From contig MU058868.1 in assembly GCA_013265495.1 (NCBI GenBank), positions 2,845,553 through 2,909,552 of the forward strand: 64,000 bases of DNA, given 5' to 3'. The translations under genes were made by a program, and so were the position numbers. This document shows positions 33,681 to 43,950 of this stretch, one piece after another. The stretch is from Vicugna vicugna (taxonomy: Eukaryota). Position 1 is the first letter of the stretch, and the number at the start of each line of letters is the position of its first letter. Under the pieces are notes generated by a model that saw nothing but the letters and a program-made list of their open reading frames with translations, ran no database searches and had not been told where the DNA came from.

Positions 33681-36600
33681 GACTGGTGGTGGCCTCAATG
33701 CCAAGGACTCTGCATGCCAGGCTGGCCTCTGTGCAGAAAGCAGAGGGCAGTGTCAGCAGTGACTTGCCTGGTGGACCCATGGGCATCCTTCCAGGCCTTT
33801 ACTTTCTCTCCAGACTGCACGAGCCCACCAGGAACAGGCTCTGGGAGACATGTGCCGACGTTTGCTTCCAGCTAGGCGTCCTTACGGGCGGGTGGGGTGC
33901 CTGTTCTTGCTCAGCAAGGGACCCCAAGGAAACAGCTCAGAGCCTGGCGCGTGGAGGCTTCGGAGCGCCATAAAGGCTGTGTTGGGACACCCCTGGGGCC
34001 ATGGTTTAGGGATAAGCCCACCTCACGTCCCCCCCAGCGAGAAGTCAGGAATGACGTCCCCAGAGGCAACACATCTCCCGAGAGAAGGCTGTCCAGTTCT
34101 GTTCCCCCCAGGGCTCAGCTGCGCTGTGCTTTTAGCCTCGGGTTCCCAGGAGGTCCTGCTGCTCCTCATAAACAACCTCTGCGGCCAGAGGGGCGCAGGG
34201 GGCTCCTTGTCTCTCGCTGGAAGAGGCCTGCTCTCCAGCTGAGTCCCCGGAAGGAGCGTCGTCCAGTTTCACAGGAAATGGGCCGGGTCCCAGGCTACCC
34301 CGGGCAGGCAGGAAGCAGGTGGCAGAGGGCAGGAAAAAAGGAAGTGGCCGAAGCGGAACCAGCCCCTGCTCCCCACACCCGGGGGGCCCCCCGGGTCTCC
34401 CCCCAAGAGCTGAGCATTACGCATCAATCTTTCCTGGGGTCAGGGATGAGTGAGGGCCCTTACGACCGGCCAGACGATGCTCCCAGAGTCAGGGGCTTTG
34501 TCACCAATTGAAGGACACAGGAGGACACAGAGCACCCTTTGGGGCCTGGAACACAGGCAAGTGTGACAGGGAGGGCGGGCCGTGCAGCCTCGGTTGGGGC
34601 TGAGGAGCACAGAGGCCCACCCCCAGCCACAGCCACAGGGAAAGGGACTAACCACGCCCCAGCTCAGCTTCCGCCTCGAGGACAGAGGGGACAAGGAACG
34701 GACCTGCTAACTCACACAGAGGGTGAGGGTTAGGGTCTCACTGTTCTCTGATGATTGTCGGTGAGATTTCAGCTCCAAACCCAGGCTGGGCCAGCAGGAA
34801 TCCCCTCTGCACAGGGCAGGACACAGGGGGCAACAGGAGAGCCCACCCCCGAACTCCCTTTCTGGGGACAAAACTGCAAACTGATAGGCAGGTCTGACCT
34901 CCTCCAGACTCGCTCGCTCTCGGGGCGGGTTCTAGGGGGTCAGGCACCCAGGGGCAGACCCAGGGAACTCCAGGCCAGCAGCGCAGGGCTCAGAGCCCAG
35001 ATGTACCCACCCGCCCTGGACCACCCAAGAGCCCCCGGGCCAGTCTCCCAGCTCTACCCTGGTCCCTGCAGCAGAGAGTGGGCAGGAGACAGGAGGTGGG
35101 TGGGAGCAGCTGTCTAGCTGTCAAGACACCACGGGACTAAGGTCTGGGGCACAGGACAGGCTCACAGGCTGTTCCAGAAGAGGCAGGAGGCCCCACGGCA
35201 CTGAGAGCCCCGTGAAGGCAGAGAGAAGTCCCTGGAGCATGTTCAACCCAGGGAAGGGGCTCCATTCTATCCCTCGAGAGGTTGGTTCCAGCACTTGTGC
35301 AGAAAGAGAAGAAGAGGAGAGGTGGGAGGTGGGACATGCCATGGGCCCTTGGGTTTATTTCCCTGCCTTGAGTTTTCACCACAATAAGGGGAGCTGGACC
35401 CTCATTAGACCCAGGAAATAATATTTTCAGAACGACTTATGGAGCCCAGTTCCCTCCAGCTCCTGCCCCTACCCTCTCTCCAGGCTTCCGTCCAAGAGCC
35501 GGCCCAGCTTGAGGACCAGACATGGATCCAGGACAGCAGCGAGTCTCCGCAGGCTCCCAGTGGGCCTCAGACACGAGTATTTGTCACCACCTGCATGTAC
35601 CAGCTGCCTCGGCCAGGTTCACTGCAGCCAGCAGAGAAAGCACGTCACCCACGTTACAGATGGGGAAGCCGGGACCCTGGGAGGCGGACAACTGACTCCC
35701 CCAGCACACACACTCCTGCACGCAGATACACACTCACACCCCTCCCCCACACCCGCATCTCCGTGCCCAGGGTCCCTAGCTTTAAAAAGGAAAAAAACAC
35801 AGAAGCTCACACCAAAACAACCAGCTCCTACTGGCCATCCTGCTGCCTCTGGGTGTCTCCTAGCTGCCCGCTTGGTCCTCGGCTGGGGAGACGGGCCACA
35901 GCCACGCTGCTCCCTGGAGACACCAGCAATCCCTCGGAGACGCTCTGTGTGGGGCAAGGAGCGTCTCACCCGGGTGGGGGCGCCGGGGCGGGCAGGGGGC
36001 AGATGTGCAGCCCAGACCCACTCCCCGCTGGGTCCTGCTGACTCCCAGAACTGACTTTGGCCCTGAGCTCATCCCGGGCCCAGGCCCCTCCATCATCACC
36101 TCTGCCTGCAGGATCGAGAGGTCAGACCCCAACAAACCCTCGCTGACCCCTACTCTGTGGCCAGCTCTGTGCGGGCGGTGGGCACAGAGGAGGAGGACTG
36201 CTGTGACTGGGGATGTGGACATGAACAATTTAGTGCGGGTTCCACGTGGCAAGCTCTGGGAAGGGAAGAGTGTCTCCTAACCCCAGCGGTGGAGGGAAGG
36301 GAGCCCGACAGTCAGGAAGGCCCCCTGGGGGAGACAGGAACCGTGAATTGGGGGGAACACGTAGGGGGAAAGGGAGGGGAGGTGGGGCGGCCATCCAGTG
36401 AGACCACAGCAGGTCCAGGCAGAGCCGGGAGACAGCCAGAGGCCTGCCGACCATCCCAGGGGGTCAGTGCTGACCAGGAGAAATGTGAACCTCAGAAAGG
36501 CCACACAGCTATGCATCCGCGGAGGCCAGACCCCCCCGGCTCTGAATGCCAGGGGAGGAGGCCTACCCCCGCAACCTGCTCTCCTCCCGAGTCCCTGGAC

Positions 36601-38614
36601 AGGACATCCAGGGACTGGTGGCTTGGTGCCGTGCCCACCCTCTTTCTCAGCCCCTAGGGATCCCAGGCTGGGGCACTTCTGCGAGCCACTCCCCACACCC
36701 GATGCGCCCAGCCCAGCTGCCCAGTGTCCTTTTGTCCCCAAGGCCTCTGTGCACTGGACTCCGGAGGGCACCCCTCTGATGTCAGGCGAATGGTAGCCAC
36801 TCCGACGGCAGCTCAGGGAGCTGCCTCACCTCCCAGGGTCCTTGGGACGACATTGAGGGGGAGCCTAAGCCCACATGGCTGTCGCCAGGCCCACTTCCTC
36901 GCCAACCCTCCCTTGCAGATGCAAGAGAGGGCCCAGGGATGGGGACGGCCTGCTTTAGTTCGTCACAGCTGTCTCTGGCCTGCTTTCTCCTGAACTAGCG
37001 TAACTTCTAAAATGGACTTAACACAGAAGCAGGAATGGCCGTGTTTCTGGGCAGAAATACTCCGGTTTCCCTGTGTATGGCTCAGTCCCAAACAGCCCTG
37101 CGCCTCAGAGAAAAGGCAGGAGGTGGGCTGCCTGCTCCTCCATGGGGACCCGCACGGCCCGTGCAGCCAGCGGCTGGCGAGGCCATAGCAGCAGCACAAA
37201 GCCGCCACCCCCGCCCCCCGCCCACTGCTCCAGCTGTCACCTGGTCCCCTCCCCCAACCACCTCTGAAGGCCAGAGCTGGGGGTGGGCACCCGGCCCCAA
37301 GGGAAACCCCGGGGACCCTGGCACCCTTCCAGGCAGGGAGGAGGGAGCGGGCTGGAGGCTGCTCACGTTTCCAGAGGAAGCAGCTGCCCGGGCCGGCGGG
37401 TTCCAGGAATTCTGCACGCGGCCCTGTTAAATGGCCTGACGTCGTGTCAACCCCTGGTGCCTCGTACGCCCTGTCTCCTGGTCCCAGGTGCCGTCCCCAC
37501 CCCTGTCTCACATGAAGACCTCCAGGCACCCTTCAGAATGCAGCTCTGTCTGTCTGGCCTCCCTCCCCGGCTCCCAGCCAAGCCGGCGTCCGCGTCCTTC
37601 CCCTCTGCACTCTGGAAGCAGCGATCCCTGCATGTGTGGTGGAGCACATGCCGGCCTGGGCTCAGGGGGCCGCCAGGACCAGGACGCACGTGGCTTCCTG
37701 GCAGCTCTGCTCTTTCGAAGCATCTCAGTGGAACACTGGATCCGTCATCCTGTTCGGGTTCTGCTTGTGAGTCTCCAGCCCCTCCCCGGGCCCCCCTCCC
37801 CGCTCTGTAGCCAGGCATCTCTGCACGACGGGGCCACATTCAGGGTGTCTGCCTCTCTCCTCCCCCACCTCCCCACCGCCAGCCTCCGCCCAAGTCAGGA
37901 CCTGCCCATTGGCGCCTCGCCTGCATCTGGGGCCCATGGGCCTGCCCCTAGTGGCTCAGGGACGGTTTCCTGAGAAAAGGGGAGGCCTCAGGGCTCAGGG
38001 GATTTCCCACCCGCTCAGTGAGGGCCCTGCCCACCAGGCGGGGCTGCTGGTGACAGCGTGGGTTTCCTAGTCACAGCCGGCATGAGGAAGTGGTCTCTCT
38101 CCCCGGGAGGGTCCCTCCACCAGGTTCCTAAAACGGCCTTGCTCAGCTGAACAGGCACCAGCTCCCAGCTGCAGGAGGGGCCGCCCGGACCACAGCCGGC
38201 AAGGGTCCAGGCCTCCCGTGGGCAGCCCTGCGGAGGCTCGGGAACTCTCTTTCCCTCCTCACTCTGGTGGGTCAGAAACAGGCTTCAGGCCCCAGCTAGC
38301 ACCCAGCCCTCAGGGACGGGAGTTTGGCTCGAGAACGCTGAGGCCTGGGCTCAGGGGGCCAGGAGGCCGCCCTGACCCCCGGAGGATAAGAATGAAATAG
38401 GTCAGCAGCTACATGGAGGTCAGTGGATCAAAGGGTGCGGCCCTGGGTTACAGCTGGCGTGTGATAAGTGTGGGTGGAAGAAGGGAGGAGATGGTTTGGG
38501 GAGGCCTGGCCGGAGCTCTCTCTGGACCCAAACGGGTCTCTCTCGAGGACCCAAGCAGACCTCGCCCACCTCACCAGGAGGCACCTCTTGTGGGCTGTCT
38601 GGTCACTCCCTGGC

Positions 38615-38985
38615 CTGGGGTGAGCAGTGTCCCTCAGATTCATGTCCGCCCGTAACCTCAGAACGTGTTCTTACCTGGAAATGGGGTCTTTGCAGGTGAG
38701 GCTAAGAGGAGGTCACCTTGGACTGGGTCCTTATAAGAAGAGGAGGGACACAAGAGACACTGAGGGATGCCGTGTGACGACAGAGGCAGAGACTAGGGGG
38801 ATGCGCCCACAGCCCACAAGCCGCCAGGAGCTAAAGAGGCAGGAAGGACCCTCCCCGCGGCCCCCGGGGGCTGCTCCCTGCTCACACCTGGGCTTCAGAC
38901 TTCTGGCCCCCAGAACTGGAAGGGAACACACTTCTGTTGTTTGAAGCCCCCGGCTGGCGGCACTTTGCCGCAGCAGCCCCAGCTT
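38615..38985 (+). mobile_element. MLT1B/C-like LTR
   Basis: ggaaatggggtctttgcagg...ccttataagaagagg...gaggcagagact...gaggcaggaagga...ttcagacttctggcccccagaactg...ttctgttgtttgaagcc. Confidence 0.8.
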
Positions 38986-40006
38986 GGGGGTCGCCCCTTG
39001 TCCGCCGTGCCCTGATTGTCCCTGCTGTGAGGCAGATGTTTGGGGAGGGGGTTAAGTGACCTCAGGCTCATCAAATGCTGGCACAACACCCAACTCTGGA
39101 AGCACGGTCACTACCAGGAGCCACCACCCGCGGCGCTAAGTGTCCTCGCTTAGTCTACTCCACGGCCTGAGGAGCATGACGGTGCCCACTTCACAGACGG
39201 GCCATCAAGATGCAATGAGCACTGAGCTGACTCGGCCAGGCCAGGGGGACACCCATGGGATGTGAACCCAGCGGGGTCCGAGCCCAGTCCTCGACACCCA
39301 CCCTTAATCTGGGCACACCCCGCCTCAGGTCCCCGCTCGGCCCAGCCCCAGCCTCCCTGCCCCCTTACTCTCCTCGGTGGGGGGCACACCCCAAGTTGCC
39401 GGCATCACTAACTCCCCACAGTGTCACTTTGCCTTCTGTTGTCTTTATGAAACCCTCACAGATGGGCCTGGGGCTCCCAGGCGGGTCCCTGAAGGCTAGG
39501 GGAGGGTCTCAGGGCTCTGCTGGGACCACGTGCTCAAGGCAGGACCTGGCACTAAAAGACTTGGGTCTGGGTCTCCCCTAGAACTTTCTGTTTGGGGTCA
39601 CTCATCAAGTCACTTGTCTCATTTGTTGATGGAGAAGAGGGGCGGTGACCTCAGAGTGGCTGGGTCACAGCTGCAGCGCCACCCTGAGTGGGCACTTTGA
39701 GTGTCTGCCTGAGGCGACGCCAACCTAGGGTGGGGGCCCACCTGAGGCCCCTAGACCCAGAACCCTGCTTACTGGTGACATTCCCACGCCCTGTCCAGAC
39801 CCTCGGGACACACTGGCTGGGTTCCCGTGTGAAGAGGGAGTCAAGTGAAATCACGGGAGCAAGTTGCTCTATCAAACCTGACAACATCACTAAAGCGGTC
39901 ACTGCCGGCCACACAGCCCGGCTCCCAGCGTCCCGGCCCGTCTGCTACCCTGTGTCCACTGCCATCAGGGCCTCCCCAGATGGCTGTTCTGCTCCCTCCC
40001 AATCCC

Positions 40007-40048
40007 AAAAGGTCAGAAAAGTCTTCAAAAAGGTCAGAAAAGTCTTCA
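40007..40048. repeat. Perfect 21-bp tandem duplication (aaaaggtcagaaaagtcttca)x2
   Basis: Units at 40007-40027 and 40028-40048 are identical. Confidence 0.95.
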
Positions 40049-40151
40049 AGAAAGTGAAAGGCAAGAGCTGACTCAGATTCAAGACCCGGCTCTGCGGATG
40101 ACCCTTGCTCAGCCAGTCCTTGCCCCCCGACCCCCATCCAGCACCCCGTAC

Positions 40152-40290
40152 CTGCGCCCACTCCTCAGAGGTGACCGCAGTCACCAGATGGCCGCTCCCG
40201 GCTCCTCGCAGGCTGGCACCGCAGGCCGGCCCCGTAGGCCGTCTCCCCCAGCCAGGGCACCCACGGCCCAGCTGACTGCACAGCGGCCGC
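40152..40290 (-). other. SH3TC1: Candidate non-coding exon 1 of SH3TC1 (5-prime end approximate)
   Basis: CpG-rich segment ending in a good donor GCAG|gtacgg at 40152, 6.4 kb upstream of exon 2; no ATG on the sense strand within it. Confidence 0.6.
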
Positions 40291-40510
40291 CACCGCCCCC
40301 GGCTTCCTGCCCGACTTCCTCCCTGCGCCCGGGCCGCTGGCGAGGGGCAGGCCCCGTGCGGCGGCACCGCCTCCAAGGGCCGGTTGATCATTAGCTCCGT
40401 CCTGGACCAGCTCCAGGCCTCGTCCCGCCTGCCCGCTGCCGGGCACCCAGGCTCGGAGGCAGAGGCCAGGGGCCACCCAGGCTTTCGCCTGAGCCGCCGA
40501 TACTGGGGAA
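40190..40510 (-). promoter_or_regulatory. CpG-rich TATA-less promoter candidate with tandem ETS motifs and a GC box
   Basis: The minus strand reads AGGAAGTCGGGCAGGAAGCCGGGGGCGGTG (40291-40320): two GGAAG cores plus a GGGCGG box, in a region of high CpG density. Confidence 0.6.
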
Positions 40511-40554
40511 GTCCACCAGCTGCCCTGCCAGCCTCAGCTGTCCCTCTTCCATGT

Positions 40555-40645
40555 GCTACGCGCGCACACACACACGCACACGCACCCGCACACATGCACG
40601 GGCATGCACAGGAGGACATGCGCATGCACTCACGTGCACAGGCAT
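40555..40645. repeat. Degenerate (CA/CG)n tract just upstream of the promoter
   Basis: cgcgcacacacacacgcacacgcacccgcacacatgcacg...; alternating RY, so potentially Z-DNA-prone (inference). Confidence 0.85.
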
Positions 40646-40967
40646 AGATACAGCTGCTTCCCTCTGCCCAGGGCTGCCCCGGCCCGCTGGCCCGATCACT
40701 CCAACATGCACAGTAGAAGAAGGCATCTTCCCACAGGCTCGCCTTCCCTCTTCGCCTTCCCGCTGGCTCCAGGCCCAACCTGCGTTTGAGAGCAGGGAAT
40801 CTCAGCCCTGCTTGGGGAGCAGGGAGTTGGTCTCCAGCCTCTGGGCAAGAAGCAGGAACTGAACTGGGGTCGGCCTCTGGCCCCAGCCCCTACCTGCTCT
40901 CAGGCCCTCCCAGAGGCCGGAGAGGTCGCTGGCCTCAGCCCAGACCCAGGAAACAAGAGCAGGAACC

Positions 40968-41106
40968 GGAGGGAGGGTGTAGCTCAAGTGGTAGAGCACA
41001 TGCTTAGCATACATGGAGTCCTGGGTTCAATCCCCGGTACCGCCTCTAAAAATAAATAAATAGACCTAATTACCTCCCCCCACACAAAAAAAGATGTTTT
41101 TAAAAA
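40968..41106 (+). mobile_element. tRNA-Ala-derived SINE, camelid Vic-1-like
   Basis: gggagggtgtagctcaagtggtagagc (A box) ... gggttcaatcccc (B box), then the tail aataaataaatagacctaattacctcccccc and an A-rich end; imperfect flanking repeat aagagcagga/aaaagcagga. Confidence 0.85.
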
Positions 41107-42077
41107 AGCAGGACTCAACCTTCTCTGTCTGTCTCATTCTTGGATAGGCTGGGCTTTCCCATATGCCCCGGCTCAATGACCAGGAACAATGAAGTGCTAA
41201 TGTGCCCGTTTCATACACAGGGAAACTGAGGGCCAGGAGGTCACGTGACAGGCCCAGCGCCAGTGGAAACTAGAAGACAGCCCAGAGCCAGGCCTGACAG
41301 ACGCTGACGGCCCCGGGCCACGGTAACTGCGGCCCTGCTGACATCTGGGGCATCGCTCTTGGTCATGGGGAGGGGCTGCCTTGCCCACTGCAGGATTTTA
41401 GCAGCATCCCTGGCCTCTGCCATCTAGATGCTGACCCCAGCTGTGACAGCCAGACACATCTCCAGACATTTGTCCCTGGGGACAATGGCACCCAGGCTGA
41501 GAACCACTCTAGGCAAAGGTATTTCTGGATGACACCCTCCCACCCCATCTGTCCTTCCTCTGACCAACTCCTGGCATTATGCCCGGCCACCCCAAAGTCA
41601 TATATCCCCCTCCCCTCTGCAGCGGCCCGGAGCCCAGGTGTAAGGGAGGAGCCGGGCCTCCTCACGCTGGCAAGGTCCCCGCTGAGGACCCGCGCTGGCC
41701 ACGGAGGACAGGAGCCAGCGAGCCACTCACCTTGCTGGCAGAGCCAGGCCCAGCACTCAGGCTCCCTGCACCCCAAGCCCAGCTGGGCCTCACCCTGCAC
41801 ACCACCCATGTGCTTGGTGACCGCAAAGCAGGAAACAGAGGCTCCAGGTGGCTATTTTCACAGCCCCCATGACCGCAGGCCGAGTATCAGGGGAGAATTT
41901 CACGCCACCCTGTGGGCCCCCAGGGACCAGGAGGCCCCAGAGCAGGGGGGTAGCTGCTCCCACCAGCAGTCCTTTCCCTTCCTTCCACTGGGAGGCGTGG
42001 CGTCTCTGAGCCTGGCTGTCCCCTCCGTGGAGTGGGGACAGCAATCTCTCCTGAAGAGCAGCTGTGACGGTCACTGT

Positions 42078-42475
42078 GTGTGTCCTGGGGCTGCCGTGAC
42101 AGAGTACCACAGACCGGGCGACTTCAAACAACAGTGATTTATTCTCACAGCTCTGGAGGCCAGAGTCTAAATCAAGGTGTCAGCAGGGCCAGGCTCCCTC
42201 GGGGAACTCCGGGGGCAGCCCTTCCTGCCTCTTCCAGCTCCTGGTGGCTCCAGGCGTCCCTGGGCTCCTGGACACATCACCCCAATCTCTGCCTGTCAGC
42301 GGCCTCCCCTCTGTGTCCTCTTGTCTCTCTTATAAGGACACTCATCATTGTATTTAGGGCCCTGCGGATAACCCAGCAGGACCTCATCTTGAGATCCTCA
42401 CATTAATTACATTAAGACCCTCTTTCTAAGTAAGCGTGTGATCAGAGGTTCCGGTGGACATTCCTGCGGGGGCCG
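42078..42475 (-). mobile_element. MLT1B/C-like LTR
   Basis: ggggctgccgtgacagagtaccacagac...ttcaaacaacagtgatttattctcacagctctggaggccagagtctaaatcaaggtgtcagcaggg...cttataaggacac. Confidence 0.85.
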
Positions 42476-43772
42476 CGCTCCAGGCCGGTGCACTAGATGC
42501 CCACGGGAGGGTGGAGCAGGCTGGGTCTGGGGTTGGTATGGGGGGTGCCTTCCTGCCTGACCACAGCGCCCTCCTGCCGGGCTCCCCCGGCCTCAGCGAA
42601 CTGCAGTCCTTCAAGGCCCAGGGTCCTGTCCTGAAGGCTTTCTGGTGTCCTGAGCTCCACCTGCCTCTCCACCTCCCCAGCCCCCTCAGCACCCTACTGC
42701 AGGCTGGCCTCCCTCCAGCCCAGCCCAGCCAGCAGTGGCCTCTGTCCCGCTCCCTGCACCTCCCGCTTCACAGCCTTGGGCGCAGGTGATGCCCAGACCC
42801 TGGCAAGGGGCCTGCTGCCTTGGCCACAGGACGTCGGGCGCTGGGTTTCCCTCGCCCCAGCCTCCGCGGGGACCCCTCTCCTGGGCAAGCATACCTCTCC
42901 CTCCACGCCCACGCCCACGCCCACCTCCGCCCCCAGCCCATCAACCCCACTTCTCGTCCTTCTCCACCAGAAGGTGAGGCTCTCAGCCCATTGTCTCCAG
43001 TGCAGGCTGCCCCTCAGGGCAGGAGCCGAGCTGGCGATGGCACCTGGGACACTGACGCCGCCTGGAAGCTCAGCGCTGCTGTGCTGGTCACTGGGCCTCG
43101 GTGTTTGTTTGCTCAGGGAAGCCCAGGGTGGGTTGGGGGCTATTTTGTGGTCTTGCTCTGGGCCATCATGTGGCTTAAACTAGAGGCAGGAATTCTCCCA
43201 CAGGGTGCATGACATAGCTATACTCAGACATCTGTTCATTCAACAAACTCCAGTGCCCGGTCCTCTCCTGCAGGCCCTGCACAGCCAAGAGCTGGGGACA
43301 GAGCTCACCAGGCAAGTGGAGAAATTGCTACGTGTCAGAGGGCCAGCGCCACAACCTGTCCCCAGGCCTGGCCGCTCAGTGAGCCGGCTGGCCTGTCCTA
43401 GTGCTGCATGAGGCCCCGGGGGGCTGTGCAGAGGAGCTGCTCTCAGCACTGAGACCTCTGTGCAACTCACAGTGTGCCCTGGGGCATGTGTCCCCGCTAG
43501 TCTCGGCCTCAGTCTTGCATCTGTGAAGTGGGCACCCCCAGCTCTGCAGCTGGCTCTCCGGATCCCCACCTTGTGCCGAACACGAGCTGTTTGCTTCTTC
43601 TCCCTTTGTTTTTCTGCAAGCTGTATTGAAAGAGGCCCCAGACAGGCTCCAGGGCCATACATGGGTCTGGACACATTTCCTCTCCTGGCCATTGTCCCCT
43701 GCCATGGCCCAAGACTCCACATCCTGTTTGTCTCTGCAGCTGCTCTTGGCCCAAGGTGGTTTCCAAGAGACT

Positions 43773-43950
43773 CCCCAACTGTGCCCAGCATTCTTCAACT
43801 CTGCAGAGAGCTCCAACTCTGCCCAGCGCCCCCCAGTTCTGTACATTGTACCCTGGCTCTGCAGGATGTACCTCAACTCTGTACAGAACACCCCAACTCT
43901 GCATTTCCCACCCCAGCCTCACAGACTATACCCCAACTCTGCAAGTGTCC
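43773..43950. repeat. Degenerate 19-20-bp tandem repeat with core caactctg, about 9 units
   Basis: ccccaactgtg..., cttcaactctg..., ctccaactctg..., cccagttctg..., cctggctctg..., ctcaactctg..., cccaactctg..., ccccagcctc..., ccccaactctg.... Confidence 0.7.

Noticed and set aside
40971-41046. Apparent tRNA-Ala(AGC) gene (and a similar one at 50758)
   Set aside because: The acceptor and anticodon stems are imperfect, and the sequence continues into a SINE tail shared by both copies.
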